Shown: in pieces, positions 1 to 11,080 of the stretch
Numbering within the stretch: position 1 is the stretch's first letter
Layout of the letters: each line of letters begins with the position of its first letter
NCBI GenBank assembly: GCA_023267215.1
Contig: JAHFNS010000002.1
Coordinates: 32,149-96,148, forward strand
Direction: 5' to 3'
DNA length: 64,000 bases
DNA from: Candidatus Nomurabacteria bacterium
GTDB taxonomy: Bacteria; Patescibacteriota; Minisyncoccia; Phycocordibacterales; UBA9973
Made by a program: the position numbers and the translations under genes
Notes under the pieces: model-generated
What the model saw: the letters and a program-made list of their open reading frames with translations, nothing else
Databases searched by the model: none
Told to the model about the DNA's origin: nothing

Positions 1-62
1 TTTCCAGGTTGATATGCGAGTTGCAAGAAAGTATTTAATTTGTGTTTTTTAAAAACTTTAAT

Positions 63-365
63 TTACATACTTCCTTCCATTTTTGGAGCATCTCCCTTCA
101 CACAAGATTCACAAACTCCATCTTTACACTTTCCACATTTACAACCAAAAATCATCATAATAGCCGAAATACCGACTAATACATAAACTATGGCTTCAAG
201 TACAGGGACAGAACCTAAAATCATATTAACAATGTTCCAACCTCCTGCTACGCCTAAAAGCATTCCTAAGCCTACTAAGCCCCAATTTATTCCTCCAATA
301 ACCACAAGAACTTTAGCAATGACAGCTCCTGTGCAACCTCCTTTTTTACAACAATTTTTACACAT
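63..365 (-). CDS. DUF378-family small membrane protein
   Basis: LVVIGGINWGLVG and IVYVLVGISAI motifs typical of DUF378; Cys-rich ends. Confidence 0.75.
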   Translation of the reverse strand: MCKNCCKKGGCTGAVIAKVLVVIGGINWGLVGLGMLLGVAGGWNIVNMILGSVPVLEAIVYVLVGISAIMMIFGCKCGKCKDGVCESCVKGDAPKMEGSM

Positions 366-457
366 AATATTAATAAAATTAATTTATAATATTTCCACTT
401 AAACGACATTTTAAGTGAAATCCAATGATAACTTAATAAGTATATCACACATACAAA

Positions 458-1657
458 CTAATCAAAGTAATTTTTCAATCTTGCGATTTTTTCATGCTGG
501 CGAAGTTTTTCATGTACTTTCGCTTCAATCTGACGAATGCGTTCACGAGTGACACCAAATTTTTCTCCAACATTTTCAAGTGTATGTTGTATACCATCAA
601 TTAATCCATATCTCATCTCCAAAATTTGTCTTTCTTTATCAGAGAGTTCATTTAAAACTTCACGAATCTGATCGGATAAAATACGCCTAGAAGATTCTTG
701 ATCTGGACGTAAAATTTTGTCATCAGGAATAAAATTTTCAAGAGTCGATTTGTCATCATCGTCCCCCACTGGCTGTTCTAAAGAAACAGTTTCTTGACTA
801 ATATTTTCTATAACATGAATTTTTTCAACGGGAATACCCATCTCTGTAGCTATTTCTTCTGCCAATGGTTCTCGTCCTAAATCTTGGCTAAGTTTTCTAT
901 ATGTTTGTTTATATTTTGAAATAGTCTCTACCATATGCACTGGAATACGAATAGTTCTACTTTGATCTGCAAGTGCTCTGGTGATAGATTGACGAATCCA
1001 CCAAGTGGCATAAGTAGAAAATTTATATCCTTTAGTCCAATCAAATTTTTCAACTGCTTTAAATAATCCCAAATTTCCTTCTTGAATCAAATCAAGAAGA
1101 CTTAAATTAGCACTTCGGCCCACATATTTTTTAGCAATAGAAACCACTAAACGTAAATTGGCGCGAGCTAATAGATTTTTAGCCTCTATATCACCCAACT
1201 CTATGCGTTTCGCTAAATCTTTTTCATCTACCGCATGAATGAGTGAATATTGACCTATTTCTTTTAAATACATTTGGATAGAATCATGAATAGTTGATTT
1301 GTTTAAGTCTTTATCTGAAAGTTCATTATCTAAATTAAGTAAATTTCCACCTTCTAACACATCTATACCAGCAACAGAAAATTTTTCATAAAGTTCATCT
1401 AAAAAGAAAATATTATTCTCAATATCTGGAAAAGTCTTTAATATCTCATCATACGTAATAAATCCTCTTTTTCGTCCTTTTTCTATAAGCTCATTAGATA
1501 AACGAGCAAAAACATCTGCTTTTTTTTCAGTTGTGGCTATTTTTTTTATAACTTTTTTTTCTATCTTCTTTATCTTTTTAACAATCTTCTTTTTCTTAAT
1601 TACCTTTTTTGTAACTTTTTTAGTTGTTTTTTTTATAGCTTTTTTTATTTTTTTCAT
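458..1657 (-). CDS. rpoD: RNA polymerase primary sigma factor (sigma70) with Lys-rich N-terminal extension
   Basis: [45 protein letters not shown]. Confidence 0.97.
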   Translation of the reverse strand: MKKIKKAIKKTTKKVTKKVIKKKKIVKKIKKIEKKVIKKIATTEKKADVFARLSNELIEKGRKRGFITYDEILKTFPDIENNIFFLDELYEKFSVAGIDVLEGGNLLNLDNELSDKDLNKSTIHDSIQMYLKEIGQYSLIHAVDEKDLAKRIELGDIEAKNLLARANLRLVVSIAKKYVGRSANLSLLDLIQEGNLGLFKAVEKFDWTKGYKFSTYATWWIRQSITRALADQSRTIRIPVHMVETISKYKQTYRKLSQDLGREPLAEEIATEMGIPVEKIHVIENISQETVSLEQPVGDDDDKSTLENFIPDDKILRPDQESSRRILSDQIREVLNELSDKERQILEMRYGLIDGIQHTLENVGEKFGVTRERIRQIEAKVHEKLRQHEKIARLKNYFD

Positions 1658-1701
1658 ATTTATTTTTACCGCTTTCTGCGGAACCCCGCCATAAACGATG
1701 A

Positions 1702-3480
1702 TTAACGACCACGATTATTTTTAATTTCTTCTCTTTTTTTATCTATTTCTTTTATCTTTTTTAAAATTTCTATTTCTTCTGTTTTATCTTTTATATTTTG
1801 AAGCTCTATGGTCTTTTTAAAACGTTCTTCATTTAGATAATCTTCTTCCAGATTTAATAACATTTCATTTATATCTTTTTGTAAATTTTCACTATTAAAA
1901 TAAAATCTTTCAGCCTCATAAATTAAATCTTCCTTTTTATCTTTATAAACTTCTTTTATTTTTTCTAATCTTTTAAAGATCAATTCTGGGTCTATTATTC
2001 TGTTTTGTATACCCTCTTGCCAAAAGGCTATACCTAAAAGTTTACGTATTATTGGATCTTTTCTTTCTCTTTTTTCAATATTTTCTTTGGCTATTTTTAT
2101 CTCTTCTGTTTCAGATTTTAATAATGATTCCACTTTCTTTAAATCCTCTAAAAGTGCTCCCTCAGTAATACTAGATTTATTACTAATAAGTTTAATAAAG
2201 TGGGATTTTTCTATAGAACTTTCAAGGGCGTCAACATATGGCAACACTTTTTCTTTTATTTCTCTCCCCGCTTTTCGTGTATCTTCTTTATAATTATTTA
2301 AAATTTTATCTAATAAAAATTCTACAATATGCTTAGAATTACGTATTACTAGACGCCATGCATCTGTTCCACTTTTAGCCTCGCCCATTTGACTATGGCC
2401 ACGGGAAATCAAATCTGCTGGATCAAAACCTAGAGGCATAGAAATGACTTTCACATCCATCCCAAAAGAAAGAGCGATCTTAGCAGCCCGCATTGATGCA
2501 TTAAAACCTGCTTTATCAGCATCAAAGGCCAAAAGTATATTGCCAGAAAGTCTACGTAATAAACCTAAATTTGAAACAACATTCTCTTTTGAAACAGTAG
2601 AATCGGCTAATGCTGTCCCAGAGGTCGCTACAGTATTTCTAAAACCTGATTGATGAGACAAAATAAGGTCCATTTGTCCTTCCACTAAAATAGAGAAATT
2701 ATTCTTGCGAATAGAATCTTTAGCTTTATCCAAACCATATAGAACAGCTGATTTACTAAAAATAGGCGTATCTGGGCTATTTAAGTACTTTGGAGCAACA
2801 GGCAAGGCCTGTTTTTTTAACAGGCCTTGCCTGTCGCTCTCTACTTCAAAAATTCTTCCAGAAAAAGCAATGATACGTCCACTTGAATCAGAAATAGGAA
2901 AGATTATTCTACCACGAAAACGATCATACATTCCTTTTTCTGTTTTTTTAGCGAGTCCTGCAAGTTCTATCTCCCCGTCTGTAAAATTTTTATTTCGAAG
3001 ATAAGTATAAAGCAAACGCCAATCATCTCTAATAAAACCAATCCTAAAATCTTTTATGCTTCCGTCTTTCAACCCTCTTTCTTTTAAATAAGCTAACACT
3101 TCTTTATTATCTACCAAATTCTTTTCAAAAAATTTCGTAGCTTCTTCCATGATTCTATATAATCTTTCTTTTTCTCCTTCTTTTTCTTTACTAAAAGTTG
3201 CAAGAGTAACTCCGGCACGTTCTGCTAAAATTTTTAAGGCGCCTTTAAAATCAAGCCCTTCAAATTCTTCCACAAAAGTAAAGATATCTCCTTTAGCTGC
3301 ACAGCCAAAACAATAGTAAGTGCCTCTATCTACCGACACAAAAAAGGACGGCGTTTTCTCGTTATGAAAGGGGCACCTGGCTTTGAAATTTGCACCCGCC
3401 CTGTCTAACTTTATGTAAGAAGAGACTACGTCTTCGATTGAAAGCCTCTCCTTAATTTGTTCTACTGGAGAGTTGTTCAT
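1702..3480 (-). CDS. dnaG: DNA primase
   Basis: [11 protein letters not shown] zinc finger, [28 protein letters not shown] motif. Confidence 0.97.
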   Translation of the reverse strand: MNNSPVEQIKERLSIEDVVSSYIKLDRAGANFKARCPFHNEKTPSFFVSVDRGTYYCFGCAAKGDIFTFVEEFEGLDFKGALKILAERAGVTLATFSKEKEGEKERLYRIMEEATKFFEKNLVDNKEVLAYLKERGLKDGSIKDFRIGFIRDDWRLLYTYLRNKNFTDGEIELAGLAKKTEKGMYDRFRGRIIFPISDSSGRIIAFSGRIFEVESDRQGLLKKQALPVAPKYLNSPDTPIFSKSAVLYGLDKAKDSIRKNNFSILVEGQMDLILSHQSGFRNTVATSGTALADSTVSKENVVSNLGLLRRLSGNILLAFDADKAGFNASMRAAKIALSFGMDVKVISMPLGFDPADLISRGHSQMGEAKSGTDAWRLVIRNSKHIVEFLLDKILNNYKEDTRKAGREIKEKVLPYVDALESSIEKSHFIKLISNKSSITEGALLEDLKKVESLLKSETEEIKIAKENIEKRERKDPIIRKLLGIAFWQEGIQNRIIDPELIFKRLEKIKEVYKDKKEDLIYEAERFYFNSENLQKDINEMLLNLEEDYLNEERFKKTIELQNIKDKTEEIEILKKIKEIDKKREEIKNNRGR

Positions 3481-3486
3481 AAAGTT

Positions 3487-6400
3487 TTATTCCCCCTCTT
3501 CGGGAGAAGCTATTCTACTTTTAAATCCAGTTCCAGCCGGAATTAATCGTCCAATAATAACATTCTCTTTTAATCCTCTCAAAGAATCTATTCCGCCTTT
3601 GACTGCGTTTTCAATCAAAACACGGTTGGTATTTTGGAAGGAAGCAGCAGAGAGCCAACTCTTAGTACGAAGTGAAACTTCTGTAATACCGAGCACTATT
3701 ATTTCTGCTTTCGCTTCTTTTAAGTTTATTTTAACAACTCTATTATTTTCTTCAATAAAGGCTGTATTTTCAACAATGTCTCCAGCAGAGAAATTGGTTT
3801 CACCAGCATCTTTTATTTTTCTTCGTGAGAACATTTGACGAATAATTATCTCTGTATGTTTTCTGGAAATTGAAGCACTTTGAAGTTCATAAACTTTGTT
3901 TATTTCTCGAATTATATATTCTTCAACCAACTCTTTGCCTCCAAATTTGAATATTTCAGCAATATCAGCAGACCCATCTGTAAGCAATTCCCCTTTCTTT
4001 ACTTTTTGTCCTACCTTGACTATCGGAGTTCTTCTGAATTGCACTAAATATTCTATTTCGTTATCTTTTCCATCAACCTTACTATCAGAAAGTACTCTAA
4101 TTATTTTTTCTTTTCCATCTCTATCTTTTATTTCAAAAACTTCTCCGTCAGTTTCTGAAACTAAGGCTGGATTCTTAGGAATACGTCTTTCAAAAATTTC
4201 TTCAATACGAGGCAAACCAGTAGTGATATCTGTTCCTGCCACACCTCCAGCATGGAATGTTCGAAGAGTAAGCTGGGTACCTGGTTCACCGATAGCTTGA
4301 GCCGCGATAATACCGACAGCTTCTCCTAAATCAACTAGATGGTTTCTACCCAAATCTAATCCATAACACATTTGACAAATACCATGTGTAGTATGACAAG
4401 TTAGAGGAGAGCGAACAAATACTTCTTCAAAACCCATTCCTTCGATATTATAAGCTTCTTCTTTTGTAATTAAAAATCCTTTTTTATAAACAATTTTACC
4501 ATCTTTATCTTTCAAGTCAGCTGCCAATACTCGTCCACGAAGATTTTTAGAAAGAGGGATTTCAATTCCAGAAATATTTTCTCGAGTAACGATTTTTCCT
4601 TCTTTGGTACCACAATCTTCTTCTGTAATGACCACATCTTGTGCCACATCAACCAAACGACGTGTCAAATATCCGGCTTTAGCAGTATTTAAGGCAGTAT
4701 CTGATGCACCCTTACGAGCACCATGAGTCGTCACGAAATATTCTATAGGAGAGAGACCTTCATGATAAGAAGGAATAATTGGAAATTCTAATGTTCTACC
4801 TTGGTTGTTTTGAATAAGCCCTTTCATTCCCGTCATCTGAATTAGTTGCCCCATCGAACCTCTAGCCCCAGAAGTAAGTAAATCAAAAGCTGAACCATTT
4901 TTATCTAAAGACTGAGGTAATATTTTTTCTAACTCTTTTTTAGCTTGAGTCCAAATTTCAATAATCTTTTGATATCTTTCTTCTTCTGATAAAAGACCAT
5001 CACTCCATTCAGAAATTATTTTTTCTTCTTGTTTTTTACCTTCCTCAACTATTTTTGTTTTTTCTTTCGGTACTTTTATATTATCTAATCCCCAAGTCGT
5101 ACCGGAAATAGTTGAATAATAAAAACCGAAATTTTTTATCTTGTCTAAAATGGGAGGAGTTTTGTCCACTCCATAGTGCATGATTAATTCATCTACTAAA
5201 GATGATAATCTCTTAACATTCATTTCATCACTAACATAAGAAAAATCATTTGGTAAGATGCTATTAAAAAGTAGCTTACCAACAGAGGTGTCAAAAACCC
5301 CTTCATTGAATTTTTTATATTTATGAGAATCTGTGGCCAATACTTTTATTTTTGCCCTTAAAGATACAATGCCATATTCATAAGCTGTTATGGCTGTGTT
5401 GGGACTTGAAAAATATTTCCCTTCTCCTTCTTCTCCGTCGACAGATTTCGTCATCCAATAAGAACCAAGGACTATATCTCGGCTGGGATGCACTATTGGT
5501 TCTCCATTTTGAGGTTTTAATAAATTTTTATTAGCTGCCATTAATTCTTTCGCTTCAGATTGTGCTTCTTCTAAGAGAGGTAAATATACAGCCATCTGGT
5601 CTCCATCGAAGTCAGCATTAAATGCGGCACAAACAAGTGGATGCACTTGAATAGCATTTCCTTCAATCAAAATAGGATTGAAAGCTTGAATACCTAGACG
5701 ATGCAAAGTCGGTGCACGGTTCAAGAGAACATATTTCCCTTTTATCACTTCTTCAAGCATTGCCCAAACTTCTGGTGTACGTTCTTCAATAAGTTTATTT
5801 GCTCCACGAATATTAAAAGCAAGTTCTGCTTGTAAAATTTTTGAAATAACAAATGGTCTAAAAAGTTCAAGAGCCATATGTTTTGGCAAACCACATTGAT
5901 TGAGTTTGAGCTCAGGTCCAACAACAATGACAGAACGACCAGAATAGTCTACTCGTTTACCGAGTAAATTCTGACGGAATAAACCTTGCTTTGATTTTAA
6001 ATTATCTGAAAGAGATTTAAGTGGTCGTTTTTGAGATTGACTCATCGCTGCACTATCGTTTTGCTTAGCAATAGAGTTATCTATAAGAGCATCGACAGCT
6101 TCCTGGATTATTCTTTTTTCATTTCTTAAAATAACATCTGGCGCATTTATTTCCTTCAATTTTTTCAAACGGTTATTTCTATTGATTACTCGACGATAAA
6201 GATCATTTAAATCACTGGTAGCATGACGACCTCCATCGAGAGCAACCATCGGACGTAATACTGGAGGAATAACAGGAATAACTGTCAAAAACATCCATTC
6301 TGGTCTTATCCCGGCATAGGTCATAGCACGAATTAAAGAAAGTCTCTTTTGTAATTTTTCTTTTTCGACAATGCTTGTTTTTTCAAGCATTTTTTCAGTA

Positions 6401-7098
6401 TGATTTTTTAGTTTATTTAAATCTAAATTTTTAAAAATAGAATAAATAGCTTCTGCTCCGATATTAGCTTCAAAACAAGTTCCATATCTTAAAGAATAAT
6501 GATGAAAAGAAATTTCATTTAAAACTTTCCCTTCATAAATTTCTAAAATCTCTTTTTTAGTTTCTGAAAACAAATTTTTTAATTTTTCTCGAGTCTCATC
6601 ATCAGCTGCATTTTTTAATTTAGCTTTATATTCTTTTTCCAAATTTTGAGAAATGATATCTTTTTCATCTTCATGTACTTTGGTGACAATATAACCAGCG
6701 AAATAAATGACCTTCTCAAGATCAGAAACAGAAATATTAAGAAGGATACTCATCCTAGAAGGTACTCCACGTAAAAACCAAATGTGAGCAACAGGAGTTC
6801 CTAATTCAATGTGTCCCATTCTTTCTCGTCTCACTATGGAACGTGTCACTTCCACTCCACATTTTTCACAAATAATATCTTTGTAACGAATACGACGATA
6901 TTTTCCACAATAACATTCATAATCTTTCTCCGGTCCAAATATTTTTTCGTCAAAAAGACCTCCACGTTCAGATCTGCCAGTGCGATAATTTATTGTCTCA
7001 GGCTTAGTAACCTCTCCATAAGACCACTCTTTTATTTGCTCAGGAGATGCGAGTTTGAGCGAAATATAATCAAAATCAGTTTTATTTAAAGTTTTCAT
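3487..7098 (-). CDS. rpoC: RNA polymerase beta' subunit
   Basis: NADFDGDQMAV catalytic motif, LLGKRVDYSGRS, IGEPGTQLT. Confidence 0.99.
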   Translation of the reverse strand: MKTLNKTDFDYISLKLASPEQIKEWSYGEVTKPETINYRTGRSERGGLFDEKIFGPEKDYECYCGKYRRIRYKDIICEKCGVEVTRSIVRRERMGHIELGTPVAHIWFLRGVPSRMSILLNISVSDLEKVIYFAGYIVTKVHEDEKDIISQNLEKEYKAKLKNAADDETREKLKNLFSETKKEILEIYEGKVLNEISFHHYSLRYGTCFEANIGAEAIYSIFKNLDLNKLKNHTEKMLEKTSIVEKEKLQKRLSLIRAMTYAGIRPEWMFLTVIPVIPPVLRPMVALDGGRHATSDLNDLYRRVINRNNRLKKLKEINAPDVILRNEKRIIQEAVDALIDNSIAKQNDSAAMSQSQKRPLKSLSDNLKSKQGLFRQNLLGKRVDYSGRSVIVVGPELKLNQCGLPKHMALELFRPFVISKILQAELAFNIRGANKLIEERTPEVWAMLEEVIKGKYVLLNRAPTLHRLGIQAFNPILIEGNAIQVHPLVCAAFNADFDGDQMAVYLPLLEEAQSEAKELMAANKNLLKPQNGEPIVHPSRDIVLGSYWMTKSVDGEEGEGKYFSSPNTAITAYEYGIVSLRAKIKVLATDSHKYKKFNEGVFDTSVGKLLFNSILPNDFSYVSDEMNVKRLSSLVDELIMHYGVDKTPPILDKIKNFGFYYSTISGTTWGLDNIKVPKEKTKIVEEGKKQEEKIISEWSDGLLSEEERYQKIIEIWTQAKKELEKILPQSLDKNGSAFDLLTSGARGSMGQLIQMTGMKGLIQNNQGRTLEFPIIPSYHEGLSPIEYFVTTHGARKGASDTALNTAKAGYLTRRLVDVAQDVVITEEDCGTKEGKIVTRENISGIEIPLSKNLRGRVLAADLKDKDGKIVYKKGFLITKEEAYNIEGMGFEEVFVRSPLTCHTTHGICQMCYGLDLGRNHLVDLGEAVGIIAAQAIGEPGTQLTLRTFHAGGVAGTDITTGLPRIEEIFERRIPKNPALVSETDGEVFEIKDRDGKEKIIRVLSDSKVDGKDNEIEYLVQFRRTPIVKVGQKVKKGELLTDGSADIAEIFKFGGKELVEEYIIREINKVYELQSASISRKHTEIIIRQMFSRRKIKDAGETNFSAGDIVENTAFIEENNRVVKINLKEAKAEIIVLGITEVSLRTKSWLSAASFQNTNRVLIENAVKGGIDSLRGLKENVIIGRLIPAGTGFKSRIASPEEGE

Positions 7099-10000
7099 TG
7101 TATTTTTTTAGATTTACATCAAGCGCAAGTCCTCGTAAATAATTAAGCAACACATTAAACGAAGCAGGAGAATTTGGTGGTCTAATGGTTTCGTTTTTAA
7201 TAATAGAATCAAATGTAGCAGATCGACCTAAAATATCATCAGATTTTATGGTTAACATTTCTCGTAATGTGTAAGCAGCCCCATAACCTTCGAGTGCCCA
7301 AACTTCCATTTCTCCGAATCTTTGTCCTCCACCTTGAGCCTTTCCACCCAAAGGTTGTTGAGTAATAAGAGAATAAGGACCTATCGAACGCATGTGTATC
7401 TTATCTTCCACCATATGATGAAGTTTCAACATATACATATAGCCAACAGCAATATCTTGATCAAAAGGTTCTCCCGTACGTCCGTCAAAAAGTTTTAATT
7501 TACCATTTTCTGGAAGACCAGCTTTTTTTAATTCCTCTTTTATTTCTTCATGACTTGCTCCTAAAAATGGAGGTACAATGGCTTGATATCCTAAAGTATT
7601 AGCCGCCATTCCAAGATGTAATTCTAAAATCTGACCCAAATTCATACGAGAAGGAACACCGAGAGGTGAAAGAATAATATCAACAGGTACACCATCTGCT
7701 CCGTAAGGCATATCTTCTTCTGGTAGAATTCTAGAGATAACTCCTTTATTTCCATGTCTTCCAGAAAGCTTATCTCCAACTGAAATATTTCTGACTTGAG
7801 CTACTTCAATAATAATTTTTTTGATAATTCCTGCTTCAAGGGTATGCCCTAAATCGCGAGAAAAAATCTTGACTCCTATCACACGTCCTCGTTTACCATG
7901 TTCCATTCGAAGAGATGTATCTTTAACATCTCTTGCTTTTTCAGCAAAAATTGAACGAAGAAGTCTTTCCTCTGGAGTAAGCTCAGTTTCACCTTTTGGA
8001 GTAATTTTACCAATTAAGATATCATTTTCTCTGACTTCTGCCCCAATACGAACAACGCCATCTTCATCTAAATCTTTTAATTTTAATTCTCCAACATTTG
8101 GTATATCTCGGGTAGTAATTTCTGGTCCTAGTTTTGTATCACGAACAGTGCAAACAAATTCCTCAACATAAATACTAGTAAATTTACTTTTTTTCACGAG
8201 TCTTTCAGAAATAATTATAGCGTCTTCATAGTTTAAACCAGACCAAGAAAGAAAAGCAATAAATACATTTTGGCCAATAGAAATTTGTCCATCTACTGTA
8301 CTTGTCGTATCTGCAAGTACATCACCTTTTTTTATTTTTTGTCCAACATTTACACTAGGACGTTGATGAAAAGCAGAAAAGTTATTATTTCTCAAAAAAT
8401 TAACGAGTTGGTATGTCTTTTCTTTTTCAGATTTCCCTTTAACTACTACTTTTTTTGAATCTAGGTAAGAAACAGCACCATCTTCTTCTGCAATTACCAT
8501 TCTGCCAGAATCTCTAGAGGCCAGAGCTTCGACACCAGTCGCTACTAATGGCGCTTCAGGAAGCACACAAGGCACAGCTTGTTTCTGCATGTTTGATCCC
8601 ATGAGTGCACGATTTGCATCATCATGTTCTAGGAAAGGAATCATAGAAGTAGCAATAGAGAAAGCCTGATTTGTAGCAACATCAATAAAATCAACTTGTT
8701 CTCGAGAGATCATTCCAGCCTGAGTTTTTATTCTAGCTGCTACTTTCTCTTCTGTTATTTTTCCATTTTCATCATAAGGAATACCTGCATGAGCAATATT
8801 ATATTTTTCTTCTTCAAGTGCATTTAAATATTGAACCTCTCCTGTTATTTTTCCATTTTTCACTTTGATATATGGAGTCTCTATGATTCCAAAATCATTT
8901 ATTTTTGCATAAGTGGAAAGATGTAAAATAAGTCCGATATTGGGACCTTCTGGGGTATGAATCGGACAAACTCTTCCATAGTGAGAAGGATGTACGTCTC
9001 GAACTTCGAGTCCTGCACGTTCACGAGTGAGTCCTCCCGGTCCTAATGCTGAGAGAGTACGCAAATGCTCCATTTCCGCTAAAGTATTTTCTTGAAGCAT
9101 AAATTGCGAAAGTTGGTTGGTAGTGAAAAATTCTTTAATTCGAGCTTGAAGAGGACGTTGATTAATTATATGAATAGGTAAAGCAGTATCAATATCTATA
9201 ATAGACATTCTGTCTTGAATATTTCTTTTGATTTGCATCATTCCTGTTCGTACTTTTTGTTGAAGCATTTCTCCGACAAATCTTACTCGTCTTTGCCCTA
9301 AGTGATCTATATCATCAGATTTAGCACCAACAGTATTGTTTAAAACAATTATATTAAGAACTACCGACATTAAATCTTCCTTAGAAATAGTTCTACGTTC
9401 AAGTTCCTTTTCATCTAAAGATTTTTCAAAACGTTTATTGAATCTATATCGTCCAACAGGAGAAAGATCATATCTCTCAGCGGTAAATAAAGAATTAATA
9501 AATTCTTTAGCATTTTCTGGAGTAGCCATATCTCCGTCTCTTAAACGTTTATATATTTCAATATAAGCATCATTTAATGTTTTGGCCACATCTTTAGCTA
9601 AACAAGTTTCGATGGTTTCTTTACAAAGAGAATTTTTTTCGAATGCTTTTAATATTGCCTCATTATTTTCATAACCCATAACACGTAAAAGTGCCGTCGC
9701 TGGAAATTTTCTCTTTTTATCTATTCTTATATATATTGCTCCGTCAGCTTCTGATTCTATCTCAATCCAAACTCCACGAGCTGGAATGATTTTAGCTCCA
9801 AAACATTTTTTGCCTTTATTTTCAGATTCAGTAAAAAATACCCCGAAAGAACGTGCAAGTTGTGGCACAATAATACGTTCTACACCATTAATGATGAAAG
9901 TCCCGTGATTTGTCATTAAAGGCAACTCAGACATAAAAATTTCTTGTTCTTTTATGGTGCCTAAAATTTTATTTTTTAACTTTACTCGAGTTTTCAAAAG

Positions 10001-10258
10001 TCCCTGATAGGATATTTTGTTTACTTTTGCTTCATTCTCTTCACAATTTGATTCACTAAGAGAAAAAGAAGTAAATTCAAGTTCGAATTTTTTCCCAGAG
10101 TAATCTATGATCGGAGAAAATTCCTTGAAAACTTCTTTGAGTCCTTCTTCAACCAGCCATTTGTAGGACTTGGTCTGAGCCTCGATTAAGTTTGGAAACT
10201 CAATCAACGGTTCTTTGTGTCTCGCAAAATACTTCTTCGGACGCTTTTCTGTTTGCAT
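7082..10258 (-). CDS. rpoB: RNA polymerase beta subunit
   Basis: GDKLSGRHGNKG, GGQRFGEMEVWALE; overlaps the rpoC start. Confidence 0.99.
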   Translation of the reverse strand: MQTEKRPKKYFARHKEPLIEFPNLIEAQTKSYKWLVEEGLKEVFKEFSPIIDYSGKKFELEFTSFSLSESNCEENEAKVNKISYQGLLKTRVKLKNKILGTIKEQEIFMSELPLMTNHGTFIINGVERIIVPQLARSFGVFFTESENKGKKCFGAKIIPARGVWIEIESEADGAIYIRIDKKRKFPATALLRVMGYENNEAILKAFEKNSLCKETIETCLAKDVAKTLNDAYIEIYKRLRDGDMATPENAKEFINSLFTAERYDLSPVGRYRFNKRFEKSLDEKELERRTISKEDLMSVVLNIIVLNNTVGAKSDDIDHLGQRRVRFVGEMLQQKVRTGMMQIKRNIQDRMSIIDIDTALPIHIINQRPLQARIKEFFTTNQLSQFMLQENTLAEMEHLRTLSALGPGGLTRERAGLEVRDVHPSHYGRVCPIHTPEGPNIGLILHLSTYAKINDFGIIETPYIKVKNGKITGEVQYLNALEEEKYNIAHAGIPYDENGKITEEKVAARIKTQAGMISREQVDFIDVATNQAFSIATSMIPFLEHDDANRALMGSNMQKQAVPCVLPEAPLVATGVEALASRDSGRMVIAEEDGAVSYLDSKKVVVKGKSEKEKTYQLVNFLRNNNFSAFHQRPSVNVGQKIKKGDVLADTTSTVDGQISIGQNVFIAFLSWSGLNYEDAIIISERLVKKSKFTSIYVEEFVCTVRDTKLGPEITTRDIPNVGELKLKDLDEDGVVRIGAEVRENDILIGKITPKGETELTPEERLLRSIFAEKARDVKDTSLRMEHGKRGRVIGVKIFSRDLGHTLEAGIIKKIIIEVAQVRNISVGDKLSGRHGNKGVISRILPEEDMPYGADGVPVDIILSPLGVPSRMNLGQILELHLGMAANTLGYQAIVPPFLGASHEEIKEELKKAGLPENGKLKLFDGRTGEPFDQDIAVGYMYMLKLHHMVEDKIHMRSIGPYSLITQQPLGGKAQGGGQRFGEMEVWALEGYGAAYTLREMLTIKSDDILGRSATFDSIIKNETIRPPNSPASFNVLLNYLRGLALDVNLKKYNENFK

Positions 10259-10486
10259 GATAATTTTAGTCTAAACAAGACAAGAGAAACGAAAGAAAAA
10301 CAGACAAAAAATGCTTTTCTCTAGCTTCTTTTTAAATTATTTAGATATTTATGATTAAGTCCTATTAATACAAACTAGGAGATACATCCGAAACTCAATC
10401 AATCTCTTGTTTACTAGTATACCCCCACACCTATTTTTTGTCAACTAAACATCTAAATAGGTGGGGGTAAACTTATTTCTAACTTT

Positions 10487-10945
10487 TTATATATACCCCA
10501 TTTGTTCAAAAAATTCCTTACCACCAGGAATTTGTTTTACATTAACTAACTCTTCTTTAGAAAACCACCTAGCCTCAATTAAATCATCATCTAAATGCAA
10601 CTCTATATCATCAGCATTTTTGTCATCAATATGAACTTCAAATCTATTAAATTCCATTTTGCATAAAACTTTTTCACCTATATCTTCTAGTATCTTTTCA
10701 GCTACACCTTCACCAACTGTAGAAATTTGAATTTTACGATAATTAGTTATATCAATCCCAACTTCTTCTAGCACTTCTCTAGTAACAGCTTGCTCCATTG
10801 TTTCGCCTTCATCAATTCCTCCTCCTGGAATATGCCAAGAATCAGAATAAACACCACCTTTTTGAGGATCTTTTTTACCCATCAGAATTTTTCCATCTTT
10901 ACTAAAAATCAAAGCTGAAGCTATTTTTCTTTGAATTGTTCGCAT
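10487..10945 (-). CDS. NUDIX hydrolase
   Basis: Nudix box GGGIDEGETMEQAVTREVLEEVG. Confidence 0.92.
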   Translation of the reverse strand: MRTIQRKIASALIFSKDGKILMGKKDPQKGGVYSDSWHIPGGGIDEGETMEQAVTREVLEEVGIDITNYRKIQISTVGEGVAEKILEDIGEKVLCKMEFNRFEVHIDDKNADDIELHLDDDLIEARWFSKEELVNVKQIPGGKEFFEQMGYI

Positions 10946-10988
10946 ATATTGAATAATATAACTAAATTTGACTTGTGAATAACTTCGC

Positions 10989-11018
10989 TTGCATAGATAT
11001 CTGATAATATGATACTAT
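10989..11018 (+). promoter_or_regulatory. Putative sigma70 promoter antisense to the PemK-like gene
   Basis: TTGCAT at 10989-10994, 18-bp spacer, extended -10 TG-a-TACTAT at 11010-11018; no + strand ORF downstream. Confidence 0.5.
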
Positions 11019-11024
11019 TTAAGT

Positions 11025-11080
11025 ACAAATTGCCGTTAGGCACTCGAGGGCCCCGAAAGGGGTCCGTTTTCGTTTGTTTT
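11025..11080 (+). ncRNA. Candidate small antisense RNA (two hairpins and a U-rich tail)
   Basis: TGCC-GTTA-GGCA at 11031-11042; GGGCCCC-GAAA-GGGGTCC at 11048-11065 followed by GTTTTCGTTTGTTTT. Confidence 0.4.
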
